NCBI GenBank assembly: GCA_029907135.1
Contig: JARYMJ010000007.1
Span: 1 to 61,676, forward strand
Direction of reading: 5' to 3'
Origin: Candidatus Saccharicenans sp.
GTDB lineage: Bacteria; Acidobacteriota; Aminicenantia; Aminicenantales; Saccharicenantaceae
Length of the DNA: 61,676 nucleotides
In this document: positions 9,592 through 19,279 of the stretch, one piece after another
How the letters are laid out: the number at the start of each line of letters is the position of its first letter
Position numbering within the stretch: position 1 is the stretch's first letter
Made by a program: the position numbers and the translations under genes
Notes under the pieces: generated by a model
What the model saw: only the letters and a program-made list of their open reading frames with translations
Told to the model about the DNA's origin: nothing
Databases searched by the model: none

Positions 9592-10266
9592 TTAAAAAAA
9601 GATTAGACCCAGGATCAAATATTGCAAGGGCCTGATGATCAGGTCCAGCAGGCCGACTGAGATCAGGACAATAACAATCAGGAACCCGTAAGGCCGCAAC
9701 CGAGCATAGCTGTCGGCCAGGCGGTCGGGTAGCAAACCTTCCAGCACGCCGCTGCCGTCCAAGGGATACATCGGTATCAAATTGAAAGCCACCAGGTAGG
9801 TGTTGATCAGGACCAGGTAAAAAAGAACGATGACCAGGCCCTGCAGCGGCTGCAAGCCGGGGGGCAGTCCTCCCCGCGCCGTCAGGAAGTTGTACAGGGC
9901 GGTGGTGGTCACCGGGCTGATCAATTTCAAGATGATGATCAGCAACAGAGAAGCGGTGGCCGCCAGGACGTTGGCTGCCGGTCCGGCCAGGGAAATCCAG
10001 AACCCATCCCGGCGCGGATTCCTGAGGAAATGGGGATTGACCGGGACCGGCTTGGCCCAGCCAAAGACCGGGGCGCCGATAATCGCCAGGAGCAGGGGCA
10101 GAATCACTGTCCCGAAAAAATCAATATGGGCCAGGGGGTTGAGGGTCACCCGGCCGGCGGCCCTGGCTGTGGGGTCTCCCAGGCGGTAAGCGGCCCAGCC
10201 GTGGGCCGCCTCATGAATGGTGATGGCGAACAGCAGAATGAACAGGCTGATTATGGTCGTAATCAT
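9592..10266 (-). CDS. Site-2 protease (M50) family membrane metalloprotease
   Basis: HEAAH, GWAKPVP, AGP and FNLIPMYPLDG motifs. Confidence 0.93.
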   Translation of the reverse strand: MITTIISLFILLFAITIHEAAHGWAAYRLGDPTARAAGRVTLNPLAHIDFFGTVILPLLLAIIGAPVFGWAKPVPVNPHFLRNPRRDGFWISLAGPAANVLAATASLLLIIILKLISPVTTTALYNFLTARGGLPPGLQPLQGLVIVLFYLVLINTYLVAFNLIPMYPLDGSGVLEGLLPDRLADSYARLRPYGFLIVIVLISVGLLDLIIRPLQYLILGLIFF

Positions 10267-10643
10267 CTTCTTTCAGGTCATTTTCTTATACCATAAGAAC
10301 AGGGTTAAAGTCTATGCCGGGAGCAGTTCTGGTCCATTTAAATTTTGATGTTTTAAGATCTTTGGTGCCTGGCGGCCATCAATATTTCAGAAAACCCTGG
10401 CCGGTTAGAATTCTGACCGGCTCAAAAATTTAATTCTATAAATAAATAAGTCAATGCCCATTTTTCTAAGAAAAACCTTTTTGGACATCATCAGAGCAGG
10501 GCTTTTTCTCTTCAGCCGGCCCTGGTCCCGGAGTTTATAGTCTGAATGACCCTGGCCAGTTGCCGCTCCTCATTGCCTCTGCCCCTGGCTAACCAGTCTT
10601 TGTAATTTCCTTAAGTCTAAGTTACCGGCGTTAAACGGTGCCC

Positions 10644-10677
10644 AAAAAGAGTGAGCCCGACCCTTTTAGGTCAGGCT
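10644..10677 (-). terminator. Intrinsic terminator after the glutamate-synthase-family gene
   Basis: Minus strand AGCCTGACC-TAAAAG-GGTCGGGCT followed by CACTCTTTTT. Confidence 0.6.
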
Positions 10678-10707
10678 AAGCCTTTTGGTTGATTGGAAAA
10701 GAGAAAA

Positions 10708-12285
10708 TCAGGAATTCAGGATTTTATCCACTTCTTCCTTATCGATATCCTGGATGTACTTGATGCCGCTGATTCTGGCAGCTTCCATGGTTAGGGCTCC
10801 GATATCATCCCTGGTGATATAACCAAGTGAGAACTTCCTGGCCCCGGCCATCAACTGCCTCAGGCCCTGGTTCAGGCGTTTGAAATAAGTGTAAACGCCG
10901 ATGGCACCAGGCGGCAGCTCGTTGAATCTCTCCCCGAACCTTTTCTTAAGCTCAGGAGCGGTCATGAAAATTTCTTCTACACTGTTGCCAAACCGTTCCA
11001 CATAAACCGGTATCTGGCCGTCCTTGATGCGGCTGCCGATGGTCTTGCCTACCATGGCCGCGGCCAGGGGAGACCGGGCCATGCCCACAGCCTTGACGTA
11101 AGGAGCGCCCAGGGCGATGGCCTTGAAGATCTGGTCTTCGAAAGTAATGCCGCCAGCGAAAACTATGTCCGGGACATATTCACCCTTCTTGGCCAGGTGG
11201 TCGGCGTATTTATAGGTTAGGGACCAGATTTCCACTCCGGGGATACCCCACTCATTCATCATTCGCCAGGGGCTCATGCCGGTGCCGCCGCCGGCGCCGT
11301 CTACGGTCAGCATGTCAATTTTGGCTTTGGAAGCGTACTTAACAGCCCGGGCCAGGTCGGCCGGACGGTAGGCTCCAGTCTTGAGGAAAATATACTTGGC
11401 CCCGGCCTTTCTCAGCTCCTCCACCCGCTTCATAAAGCTCTCTTCTTCCACCATGCCCAGGCGGCTGTGACGCTCGAATTCTTTGAAGCTGCCCTTTTCA
11501 AAGGCCTGGATAACCAGCGGGTCTTCCGGGTCGGGCAGGACGATGTAGCCCCGCCTCTTCAATTCCTGAGCCTTCTTCAGCGACTTGATTTTAACCTCGC
11601 CGCCGATATCCTTGGCTCCCTGACCCCACTTCAGCTCTACCCCCTGGACTCCCAGCTTGTCAATGACGTACTCCTGGACGCCCAGGCGAGTGTCTTCGAC
11701 GTTAGCCTGGACCACCACCGTGCCGTAGCCGTCATACCAGTTCTGGAAGGACTTGACCCTCATTTCCATGTCCGGGGAGCGGACCACCCGGCCATTCTTA
11801 ATTTCGGCCTCTTCGTCCATGCCGCAGACATTTTCGCCCACAGTCAGGATGGCCCCAGAAATGGCCGCGCCCACGGCCAGGCCGGCCCAGTTCTGCTTGG
11901 CCACGTTGGTTGAGCCCATGCCGGAGATGACAAACGGCACCCGCAGCTTGATTCCCTTGTCATGGCCTATGGCCGTTTCGATGGTCACCTTCTCGAAAGT
12001 GGCCAGGTCGCTGTCGGCCGGCACCCCCCAGGCTCCGGCTGCCGTGCCCATGATGTTGAAATGGGACAGGTCAACCGGGTAATCCTTTTCGGCGGCCGCG
12101 GTGATCAGTCCGAATGGCTGGGGATAGAGGACCTCGGTCCCACGGTAAGCCGACTTGCCAATTTCGCACATGCCGATACAGCCATCGACGCAGGTTACAC
12201 ACATCCCGCTGAAGGGGCTGATGGAACCCTCGGTTCTATTCTTGGTTAAGGTGGCTGCACTCCTGTTGATTTTTGTAAAGGTCAT
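10708..12285 (-). CDS. Stand-alone FMN-binding glutamate synthase family protein (GltB2-like) with N-terminal Cys cluster
   Basis: VELKWGQGAK, LTVDGAGGGTG, FAGG and KAIALGA of the Glu_synthase FMN barrel; N-terminal CVTCVDGCIGMC; no amidotransferase domain. Confidence 0.85.
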   Translation of the reverse strand: MTFTKINRSAATLTKNRTEGSISPFSGMCVTCVDGCIGMCEIGKSAYRGTEVLYPQPFGLITAAAEKDYPVDLSHFNIMGTAAGAWGVPADSDLATFEKVTIETAIGHDKGIKLRVPFVISGMGSTNVAKQNWAGLAVGAAISGAILTVGENVCGMDEEAEIKNGRVVRSPDMEMRVKSFQNWYDGYGTVVVQANVEDTRLGVQEYVIDKLGVQGVELKWGQGAKDIGGEVKIKSLKKAQELKRRGYIVLPDPEDPLVIQAFEKGSFKEFERHSRLGMVEEESFMKRVEELRKAGAKYIFLKTGAYRPADLARAVKYASKAKIDMLTVDGAGGGTGMSPWRMMNEWGIPGVEIWSLTYKYADHLAKKGEYVPDIVFAGGITFEDQIFKAIALGAPYVKAVGMARSPLAAAMVGKTIGSRIKDGQIPVYVERFGNSVEEIFMTAPELKKRFGERFNELPPGAIGVYTYFKRLNQGLRQLMAGARKFSLGYITRDDIGALTMEAARISGIKYIQDIDKEEVDKILNS

Positions 12286-12342
12286 GGTTTTACCTCCTTT
12301 TTCCCTTGGTTAAGTTTGTTAATAGATATATGTTCAGAAACA

Positions 12343-13023
12343 TTACTTTTTCTCCCGGACGCAGGTACCGCAGCGACCGGCATCATACATCCAGCACTGG
12401 AGTTCGTCATAGTAATCCAGGCAGGTCGGGTCCATGGTCAGGCAGGCGTTGCAGAGGGCCGACTCGGCCTGGGGTCCCTGGCAACGCAGCTGACAGGCTG
12501 GGCAGATGTAAATGCAGCCTCCGCACAGGCGGCATTCCTCAGAGCGGAGGTCAAAGGGCGTGGAAATCTTTCTCTGGTAGCCACGGTTCTGAAAGCCGAT
12601 GGCCTTACCATCCATCTGCTCCTCGCACATTCGCACGCACAGCCCGCACAGGATGCACTCTTCGTTGCGGATTTTGAAGCGCATCCTGGTAACCCCGAAT
12701 TTGGAAGCCAGGTCCTGAATGGTCTTGGAGTAAGGAGCCACCGACAGCATCAGCTCGATCATCATCCGTCGGGCCTGGACCACGCGCTTGGTGTCGGTGT
12801 GAACCACCAGGCCTTCTTCTGCCGGGTAGGTGCAGGAGGAAACAAGTTTGGCTCTGGGCCCCTCTCCGATTTCCACCAGGCAGAGACGGCAGGCACCGTA
12901 AGGAGTCAAGCCTTCGTGGTGACAGAGGGTGGGGATTTCCAGCCCGTAAAACTTGGCTGTCTCCAGGATGGTCCAGCCTTCTTCGGCTTTGACTTCCACC
13001 CCGTTCATTTTCATGGTAATCAT
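12343..13023 (-). CDS. Fe-S subunit like the HydA/NuoG N-terminal region (BfuA-like, no catalytic domain)
   Basis: [2Fe-2S] IPTLC..GACRLC..SSC; 2x[4Fe-4S] CILCGLCVRMC and CRLCGGCIYICP; additional Cys-rich C-terminal tail. Confidence 0.85.
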   Translation of the reverse strand: MITMKMNGVEVKAEEGWTILETAKFYGLEIPTLCHHEGLTPYGACRLCLVEIGEGPRAKLVSSCTYPAEEGLVVHTDTKRVVQARRMMIELMLSVAPYSKTIQDLASKFGVTRMRFKIRNEECILCGLCVRMCEEQMDGKAIGFQNRGYQRKISTPFDLRSEECRLCGGCIYICPACQLRCQGPQAESALCNACLTMDPTCLDYYDELQCWMYDAGRCGTCVREKK

Positions 13024-14924
13024 GGCTTCACCTCTCTGACGATGGCTATAGCCTCTTCCCGCTGAGCTTCAATGGCTTCAAAACGGCAGGCTTCCAGGCA
13101 GGCCCCGCACTTGATGCACTTGTCGTAGAGAATCAGGTGCACATCCTTCCTGGTACCTTGTATGGCCCCGGTCGGGCAGGCCCGCTTGCAGGCCTCGCAG
13201 CCGGTGCATTTTTCCGGTATGACCGCATAGCGGATGAGGCTCTTGCAGACCCCGGCCGGGCAACGTTTGTCGTAAATGTGGGCTTCGAATTCATCCCGGA
13301 AGTAGCGCAGGGTGGAAAGAACCGGGTTGGCCGCTGTTTGGCCGAGTCCGCACATCGAAGCTTCCTTGGTGGCCAGGGCCAGTTCTTCCAGCAATTCCAG
13401 GTCACCGGGCTGGCCCTTTCCCTCGGTGATGTCTTTGACTATTTCCCACATCCTCTGGGTGCCTTCCCGGCAGGAGATGCACTTGCCGCAGCTCTCGTCT
13501 CGCAGGAAGTTCAGGAAGTACATGGCCACGTCCACCATACAGGTCTTTTCGTCCATGACAATCATGCCGCCCGAACCCATGATGGAACCGGCGGCGGTCA
13601 GGGACTCGTAGTCAATGATCTGGTCCAGCATGGAAGCCGGCAGGCAACCGCCCGAGGGCCCACCGGTCTGGACAGCTTTGAAGGCTTTGCCCTCGGGTAT
13701 GCCACCGCCGATGTCGTAGATGATTTCCCTCAGGGTGATGCCCATGGGCACCTCGACCAGGCCGGTGTTGTTTATCTTGCCAACCAGGGAAAAAATCTTG
13801 GTACCCTTGCTGCCGCTGGTCCCAATGCTGGAGAACCAGTCGGCGCCGTTAAGGATTATTAAAGGTATGTTGGCCCAGGTCTCAACGTTGTTGATGCAGG
13901 TCGGTTTTTTCCACAGTCCTTTCTGGGCCGGGAAGGGAGGTCTCTGCCGCGGTTCGCCCACCCGGCCTTCGATTGAGGCTATCAGGGCGGTCTCCTCGCC
14001 GCAGACAAAGGCCCCGGCTCCCTTGGTGATATGGAGGTCAAAGCTGAAATCGGTCCCCAGGATTTTTTCGCCCAGCAGCCCGGCCTTGTAAAGTTGTTCC
14101 AGGGCCAGGGTGACGTGGCGAACGGCCAGCGGGTACTCGTCGCGGACGTAGATGTAGCCTTCCCGGGCCCCGATGGCCAGGGCCCCGATCATCATGCCCT
14201 CGATTACCCGGAAGGGGTTGCCTTCGAGGACGCTCCTGTCCATGTAGGCCCCGGGGTCGCCCTCATCACCATTGCAAATGATGTACTTGATATCTCCCGG
14301 AGCCCGGTGGGTGGCTTCCCATTTGATGCCGGTCGGGAATCCAGCTCCACCCCGGCCTCGCAGGCCTGATTGTTTAACTGTGTCGATGATTTCCCCCGGC
14401 TTCATCCTGGTCAAAGCTTTAAGAAAAGGTCGGAACCCGCCGATCGACAGGTATTCCATCAGGCTGGTCGGGTCGACAAAAACATTATCCCCGAGCACTA
14501 TTCTTTTTTGCTTTTGGTAGAAGGGAATTTCATTTTCGTACCAGGCCCGTTCTTTGGTCAACGGGTCACGGTGCAAGAATTTCTCCACCACCCGGCCTTC
14601 CACCAGGGTTTCTTTAACTATGGTCCGGACATCGGGTGGAGTCAGCTTCTGGTAGAAAATCCGGTCCGGATAGATGATGATATTGGGCTCAGCCTCGCAG
14701 AAGCCATGGCAGCCAGTGACCCTGATCATTACCTGGTCTTTCAAGCCCTCTTCCCGGATGGCCTTTTTCAGGGCCTCGATAACCTTGAGAGAACCCCGGG
14801 CCTGGCCGCAGGTTCCGGATGAGACCACAATCACTCTTTTCTTTTCCTGCTGGCGGCTGGCTTCCTGCTCGTCGATAGTTTTCCTGAGCTCCTCGACATT
14901 TTTGAACTTCTTGACTCTTTTCAT
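13020..14924 (-). CDS. NuoF/HydB-like NADH-binding FMN subunit (BfuB-like)
   Basis: GLRGRGGAGFPTG, CNGDEGDPGAYMDR, CGEETAL, GGPSGG, ESCGKCISCREG, HIYDKRCPAGVC and a C-terminal 2x[4Fe-4S] domain. Start moved to ATG 14924 so it does not overlap the upstream gene. Confidence 0.92.
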   Translation of the reverse strand: MKRVKKFKNVEELRKTIDEQEASRQQEKKRVIVVSSGTCGQARGSLKVIEALKKAIREEGLKDQVMIRVTGCHGFCEAEPNIIIYPDRIFYQKLTPPDVRTIVKETLVEGRVVEKFLHRDPLTKERAWYENEIPFYQKQKRIVLGDNVFVDPTSLMEYLSIGGFRPFLKALTRMKPGEIIDTVKQSGLRGRGGAGFPTGIKWEATHRAPGDIKYIICNGDEGDPGAYMDRSVLEGNPFRVIEGMMIGALAIGAREGYIYVRDEYPLAVRHVTLALEQLYKAGLLGEKILGTDFSFDLHITKGAGAFVCGEETALIASIEGRVGEPRQRPPFPAQKGLWKKPTCINNVETWANIPLIILNGADWFSSIGTSGSKGTKIFSLVGKINNTGLVEVPMGITLREIIYDIGGGIPEGKAFKAVQTGGPSGGCLPASMLDQIIDYESLTAAGSIMGSGGMIVMDEKTCMVDVAMYFLNFLRDESCGKCISCREGTQRMWEIVKDITEGKGQPGDLELLEELALATKEASMCGLGQTAANPVLSTLRYFRDEFEAHIYDKRCPAGVCKSLIRYAVIPEKCTGCEACKRACPTGAIQGTRKDVHLILYDKCIKCGACLEACRFEAIEAQREEAIAIVREVKP

Positions 14925-14932
14925 GGTCGGTC

Positions 14933-15406
14933 TCACTTTCGGTATTTGTTGAGGATGGTCGGGACTTTTCTGATGCTGGTATGGGCATGATAATCTCCAT
15001 CCACGACCACCACCGGACCGATAGCGCAGCAGCCAAGGCAGGCTACAGTCTCCAGCGACCACTGACCATCTTCAGTGGTTTCCTCTCGCCGGATATTGAG
15101 CTGCCGCTCAAATTCTTCCAGTATTTTTGGGGCTCCCCGGACATGACAGGCCGTGCCCATGCAGACTGTGGCCACGTGCTGGCCCTTGGGCGTCAGGCTG
15201 AAGGCCCGGTAAAAAGTAGCCACCGAGATAATGTCAATCAGCGGAATTTTCAAGAGTTTGGAGAGGGTCTTCAGGGCTTCTGCCGGCAGGTAATGGTAAA
15301 CGGCCTGGATACCCTGGAGGATGGCGATCAGTTTGTTCTTGTTGTAGCCATGTCTTTCAACAATTTCCTGAACTTTTTCCAGGTTAATTAATTGATGGAC
15401 GCTCAA
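14933..15406 (-). CDS. NuoE/HydC-like [2Fe-2S] subunit (BfuC-like)
   Basis: VATFY, CMGTACHVRG, CLGCCAIGP. Confidence 0.92.
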   Translation of the reverse strand: MSVHQLINLEKVQEIVERHGYNKNKLIAILQGIQAVYHYLPAEALKTLSKLLKIPLIDIISVATFYRAFSLTPKGQHVATVCMGTACHVRGAPKILEEFERQLNIRREETTEDGQWSLETVACLGCCAIGPVVVVDGDYHAHTSIRKVPTILNKYRK

Positions 15407-15867
15407 AACCAGCCTCCCTTTTGATAAAATAAAATTGCTTCAAACCCTTCTTGATGTGATTGAAGAAGTCGGGCACCCTGGCGATGATGGATGTTTTTAA
15501 GGCAGAATTAATGAGTGAGCAACGGTGTAATAATCCCCCCCCGATTTCTTGAGGTAATATAAAGCAAAGATTATTAAAACTAATAATTAATAACTCCTCT
15601 AAAATATATGATACTATAAATAAGGTTTTTTTATATACGAGCTGAAATTTGTTTGTCAAGAAGAATTTTAAAAGCGGCCACTGGCCCGGACCGGCCTAGA
15701 ACAAAAGGCTGATTCGGGGATGGGTCTTCCGGCAAATTAGAACTTGCTTGTGGGCGACAGCTTCGGCGGGCGGCAGGAATTAAATTAAAATTGAACGAGG
15801 CAGCGTTTTGGTTAAGGTTATGACTCGGCCTGAAAATGAATTATAATCTCGATCCTGGAGAAAATGA

Positions 15868-16974
15868 ATGAAGCCCAGAGAAAGGGTCAGGCTGGCCCTG
15901 AACCACCAGGAGCCTGACCGCTGTCCGCTCCAGCTAAGTTTTACCCCTGAATTTGCCCAGCGGCTCGGCCGGTCCCTGGGCCTGGACTCCGGGGTTCATA
16001 ATCCTCATGGCGCTGGAAACACTTATATCCTGGAAAGACTGACCGGCTGCGATTTGCTGCTGACCTCGGTGGGTTGGGCCAACTCTTATTATGCCACCCA
16101 CCTTTACAGCCAGGATGGCCTGACCTATGTCGATGAGTGGGGGGTGGGCTGGCGCAATGTGGAATACGAGACCAGGTTCGGGCGAGGCCGCTACACTGAA
16201 ATTGTCGGCCATCCGCTGGCCGATGACCAGGCCCTCGACTTTTACCAGGCTCCCGACCCCAACCGACCCGAGCTCTATGCTGAGGCCAGGAGGGTTGTGG
16301 AGCAATTCGGCCAGGAATACTGGATCGTCGGCGTGGTGGTTACCACCATTTTTGAAACGGCCTGGGCTCTACGGGGCCTGGAAAGAACCTTGCTGGACAT
16401 GACCGCCAACCCCGAGCTGGTTGAGAGGTTGTTTGACATTCCCTTTAAATATCATTTACAAGTGGCCAAGAATTTGACCGCTCTGGGAGTGGATATGATC
16501 TGGCTGGGCGATGATGTTGGGGCTCAGGACAGGATGTTGATTTCCCCGGCCCACTGGCGCCGTTTTCTTAAACCCAGGCTGGCCGAAATAATCTCCACTC
16601 TAAAATCCATGAACCCGGCCCTTAAGGTGGCCTATCATTCCGATGGCTGTATCTATCCCATTATCCCGGACCTCATCGAAATCGGGCTTGACGTCCTCAA
16701 CCCGATTCAGCCTCGGTCGATGGACCCGGCCCGGCTGAAACGGGAATATGGTGACCGCCTCTGTTTCTGGGGTACTCTGGACCTGCAGTTCACCCTGCCT
16801 TTCGGAAGCCCCGAGGAGGTCAGGCAGGAAGTGTGGGAGAGGCTCAGAACAGTCGGCCGGCAGGGCGGGCTGATTGTCGGTCCGACTCATCACCTGCAGC
16901 TCGATGTGTCCCTGGAAAATTTCTGGGCCATGGTGGAAACGGTCAAGAATACCAGTTACCGGGAACTGGGATAA
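15868..16974 (+). CDS. Uroporphyrinogen decarboxylase-superfamily protein (MtaA/CmuA-like)
   Basis: PRERV..ALNHQEPDR, DEWG, ALRG, GDD, YHSDG, LNPIQP, FWGTLD. Confidence 0.85.
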   Translation: MKPRERVRLALNHQEPDRCPLQLSFTPEFAQRLGRSLGLDSGVHNPHGAGNTYILERLTGCDLLLTSVGWANSYYATHLYSQDGLTYVDEWGVGWRNVEYETRFGRGRYTEIVGHPLADDQALDFYQAPDPNRPELYAEARRVVEQFGQEYWIVGVVVTTIFETAWALRGLERTLLDMTANPELVERLFDIPFKYHLQVAKNLTALGVDMIWLGDDVGAQDRMLISPAHWRRFLKPRLAEIISTLKSMNPALKVAYHSDGCIYPIIPDLIEIGLDVLNPIQPRSMDPARLKREYGDRLCFWGTLDLQFTLPFGSPEEVRQEVWERLRTVGRQGGLIVGPTHHLQLDVSLENFWAMVETVKNTSYRELG

Positions 16975-17147
16975 AGTACAGCTACGAACCCGAAAGAAAG
17001 AGATGGATAGCTTTTCCAGGACGACCGGAAACACGGGCCTTGTGGCCGGAGAAGATTGGTTCTGCTAATTTGCTGCCGGTGCTACAGGGCATAATAGGGG
17101 AGATCAATAAATGGAAGCCGACAGGGGAATACAAATTTTCCTGCTGA

Positions 17148-17173
17148 CAGCCAGAGTCGATATTCTCTGACTG
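17148..17173. terminator. Hairpin between the convergent UroD-family gene and glnA
   Basis: CAGCCAGAG-8 nt-CTCTGACTG inverted repeat; no clear U-tract. Confidence 0.35.
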
Positions 17174-17219
17174 CGCCGGAGAAAAAAGAAGCGTGTTTCT
17201 GTTAAGCTACTTTTAATCA

Positions 17220-18617
17220 TCACAGCATCGGCAGGTATTTTTTTATTTCATAAGGACTGACCTGCTTATCATATTCTTCCGGAACGTTCTTCAGGTAGTC
17301 TTCTATTTCTTTTCGCTTGTTGTCCAGGAATTTTTGAAAGAGCTGGTCACCCAGGGTCTCCCGCAGCAGCTGGCTTTTTTCGGCCAGCCTGACCGCTTCC
17401 TCCAGATTCCTGGGCAGTACCTGGATGCCCGTTCTCTTTTGCCGGGTGCTGCTCATGTGGTAGATATTTTCTTCCACCGGGGCCGGTGGTTCCAGTTTAT
17501 TCTTAATGCCGTCCAATCCGGCCGCCAGCATGGTGGCCAGGGCCAGGTAGATGTTACATCCCGGGTCCGCCGACCGGAGCTCGATCCGGGTGGCCTTTTC
17601 TTTGCCCGGCTGGTATTCGGGCACCCTGATGTAAGCCGAACGGTTTTTCTGACCCCAGGCCACATAAACCGGTGCTTCATATCCTTCAATCAGCCTCTTG
17701 TAGGAATTTATCCACTGGCTGAGGATGGCCGAGATTTCCCGGGCATGGTGCATGATCCCGGCCACATAATACCTGGCTTCGGCCGAAAGACAGTAGGGAG
17801 CCTCCTTTTCAAAGAAAGCATTATGGTTGTTTTTCCAGAGCGATTGGTGCACGTGCAGGCCGCTGCCGTTCTGGCCGTTGACGGGCTTGGGCATGAAGGT
17901 CAGGTAGAGATTATGCATCCTGGCTACCTTTTTGGCCATGTAGCGGAAGAGCATGACGATATCGGCCATCTCCAGGGCATTCTTGTATCTCAGGTCGATT
18001 TCGTGCTGGCCGTGGGCCACTTCATGGTGGTCATATTCTGATTCAATGCCCATCTTTTTCAACAGGAGCTGGATTTCCTTCCGGATTTCCCCGTGCCGGC
18101 CCGAGAAGAAATAGCCGCCGGAATCAGTCGGCAGCGGATTCTGGTCATCCGGGAAAATGAAGAATTCCATTTCCGGCCCGCATTTGAAATCGGCGAATCC
18201 GAATTCGGTCCGCATCTTTTCCAGGGTTTTCTTCAGCACATAGCGGCTGTCCCCGGGATAGTGCTGTCCGCCCGGCAGGTAGATGTCGCCGAACATGATG
18301 GCTTCCCTCCACCTGATGGCCGGTTCGAATCCCTGGTAGGTCCAGGGGAAAGCCCGGAAGGTCCTGGGGTCAGGCACGATCAAAAGATCGCTCTCCTCGA
18401 TCCGGACGAAGCCTTCCACCGAAGAGCCGTCAAAGCCCTTGCCCTCGGCGAAGGCTCTTTCCAGTTCCGAAACCGGGATGGAAAAATCCAGCGGGCGGCC
18501 CAGGATGTCGGTGAACATGATGCGGACAAATTCAATCTTCAGCCCGGGGTCGGAGATGATTTTCAGGACTTCAGAGGCCGAGGAAAAACCGTAGGCCACT
18601 TTAATTTCTTCTTGCAT
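17220..18617 (-). CDS. glnA: Glutamine synthetase type I (GSI-alpha-like)
   Basis: FDGSS, HHEVAHGQHE, TFMPKP, GSGLHVHQS, NSYKRL..GYEAP, NRSAYIRVP, RIELRS. Confidence 0.93.
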   Translation of the reverse strand: MQEEIKVAYGFSSASEVLKIISDPGLKIEFVRIMFTDILGRPLDFSIPVSELERAFAEGKGFDGSSVEGFVRIEESDLLIVPDPRTFRAFPWTYQGFEPAIRWREAIMFGDIYLPGGQHYPGDSRYVLKKTLEKMRTEFGFADFKCGPEMEFFIFPDDQNPLPTDSGGYFFSGRHGEIRKEIQLLLKKMGIESEYDHHEVAHGQHEIDLRYKNALEMADIVMLFRYMAKKVARMHNLYLTFMPKPVNGQNGSGLHVHQSLWKNNHNAFFEKEAPYCLSAEARYYVAGIMHHAREISAILSQWINSYKRLIEGYEAPVYVAWGQKNRSAYIRVPEYQPGKEKATRIELRSADPGCNIYLALATMLAAGLDGIKNKLEPPAPVEENIYHMSSTRQKRTGIQVLPRNLEEAVRLAEKSQLLRETLGDQLFQKFLDNKRKEIEDYLKNVPEEYDKQVSPYEIKKYLPML

Positions 18618-18698
18618 TTTTTCCTCCGCGGATTTAAATTAATAGGGGCTTATGCATATGTTAATTATACAGCCATTAATAAGCACATTTATGATGGA

Positions 18699-18726
18699 AT
18701 ATAGAAAATATAATTACATTTGTCAA
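18699..18726 (-). promoter_or_regulatory. sigma70 promoter for glnA in the divergent AT-rich glnA/lrp spacer
   Basis: TTGACA, 16-nt spacer, TATATT on the minus strand. Confidence 0.55.
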
Positions 18727-18763
18727 TATATAAGCCCAAAAAATTTACCAATGAGAGGTCCCC

Positions 18764-19207
18764 ATGCCTACCGCAACTGAAAGAAAGATTGTCAGCTGCC
18801 TTTATCAGAACGCCAGGAAAAGTTATCGGGAAATTGCCCGGGAAACAGGGATTTCTGTGCCGGCAGTCATTCAAACCATAAGGAAATTGGAGGAGGCCGG
18901 GGCCATCAGGGGGTATGCTCCCATCATCAACCCCGAGTATTTCGGCTTCGGCCTGATGGCGGTGATTGTCCTGAGAATTTCCCAGGGCAAGCTGCTGGAG
19001 ACCCAGAAGAAAATTGCTGAAGACCGGAGGGTCATGGCCGTGTTTGACGTCACCGGCGACTGGGACTCGGTGTTGATCGGCTGCTTTGCCGACCGCCAGG
19101 ATCTCAACCAGTTCATTAAGAAGGTCTTGTCCTTGAAGTACATCGACCGTACTGTCACCCAGCTGGTGCTGAACGTGGTGAAGAACGACCCGAGGTTTCC
19201 GGTCTGA
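18764..19207 (+). CDS. Lrp/AsnC family transcriptional regulator
   Basis: NARKSYREIARETGIS HTH, LEEAGAIRGY, DVTGDWD. Confidence 0.93.
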   Translation: MPTATERKIVSCLYQNARKSYREIARETGISVPAVIQTIRKLEEAGAIRGYAPIINPEYFGFGLMAVIVLRISQGKLLETQKKIAEDRRVMAVFDVTGDWDSVLIGCFADRQDLNQFIKKVLSLKYIDRTVTQLVLNVVKNDPRFPV

Positions 19208-19279
19208 AGCAAAAAAGTAGGTTGACTTGAAGCTCATTTGTGCCATAATCAACTTGACAAGTCTGAACGGAGGACCGGA

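Noticed and set aside
14925-15062. 46-aa N-terminal extension of the HydB-like ORF
   Set aside because: Overlaps the HydC-like gene; ATG 14924 follows its stop with normal spacing.
12343-15406. Respiratory complex I nuoEFG or an [FeFe]-hydrogenase
   Set aside because: No membrane nuo genes, no H-cluster motifs, and the A subunit is only 226 aa.
15384-15659. 91-aa ORF or riboswitch in the leader of the Bfu-like operon
   Set aside because: The ORF starts in the TTGACA promoter box and is AT-rich; I found only a weak 6-bp hairpin and no recognisable aptamer.
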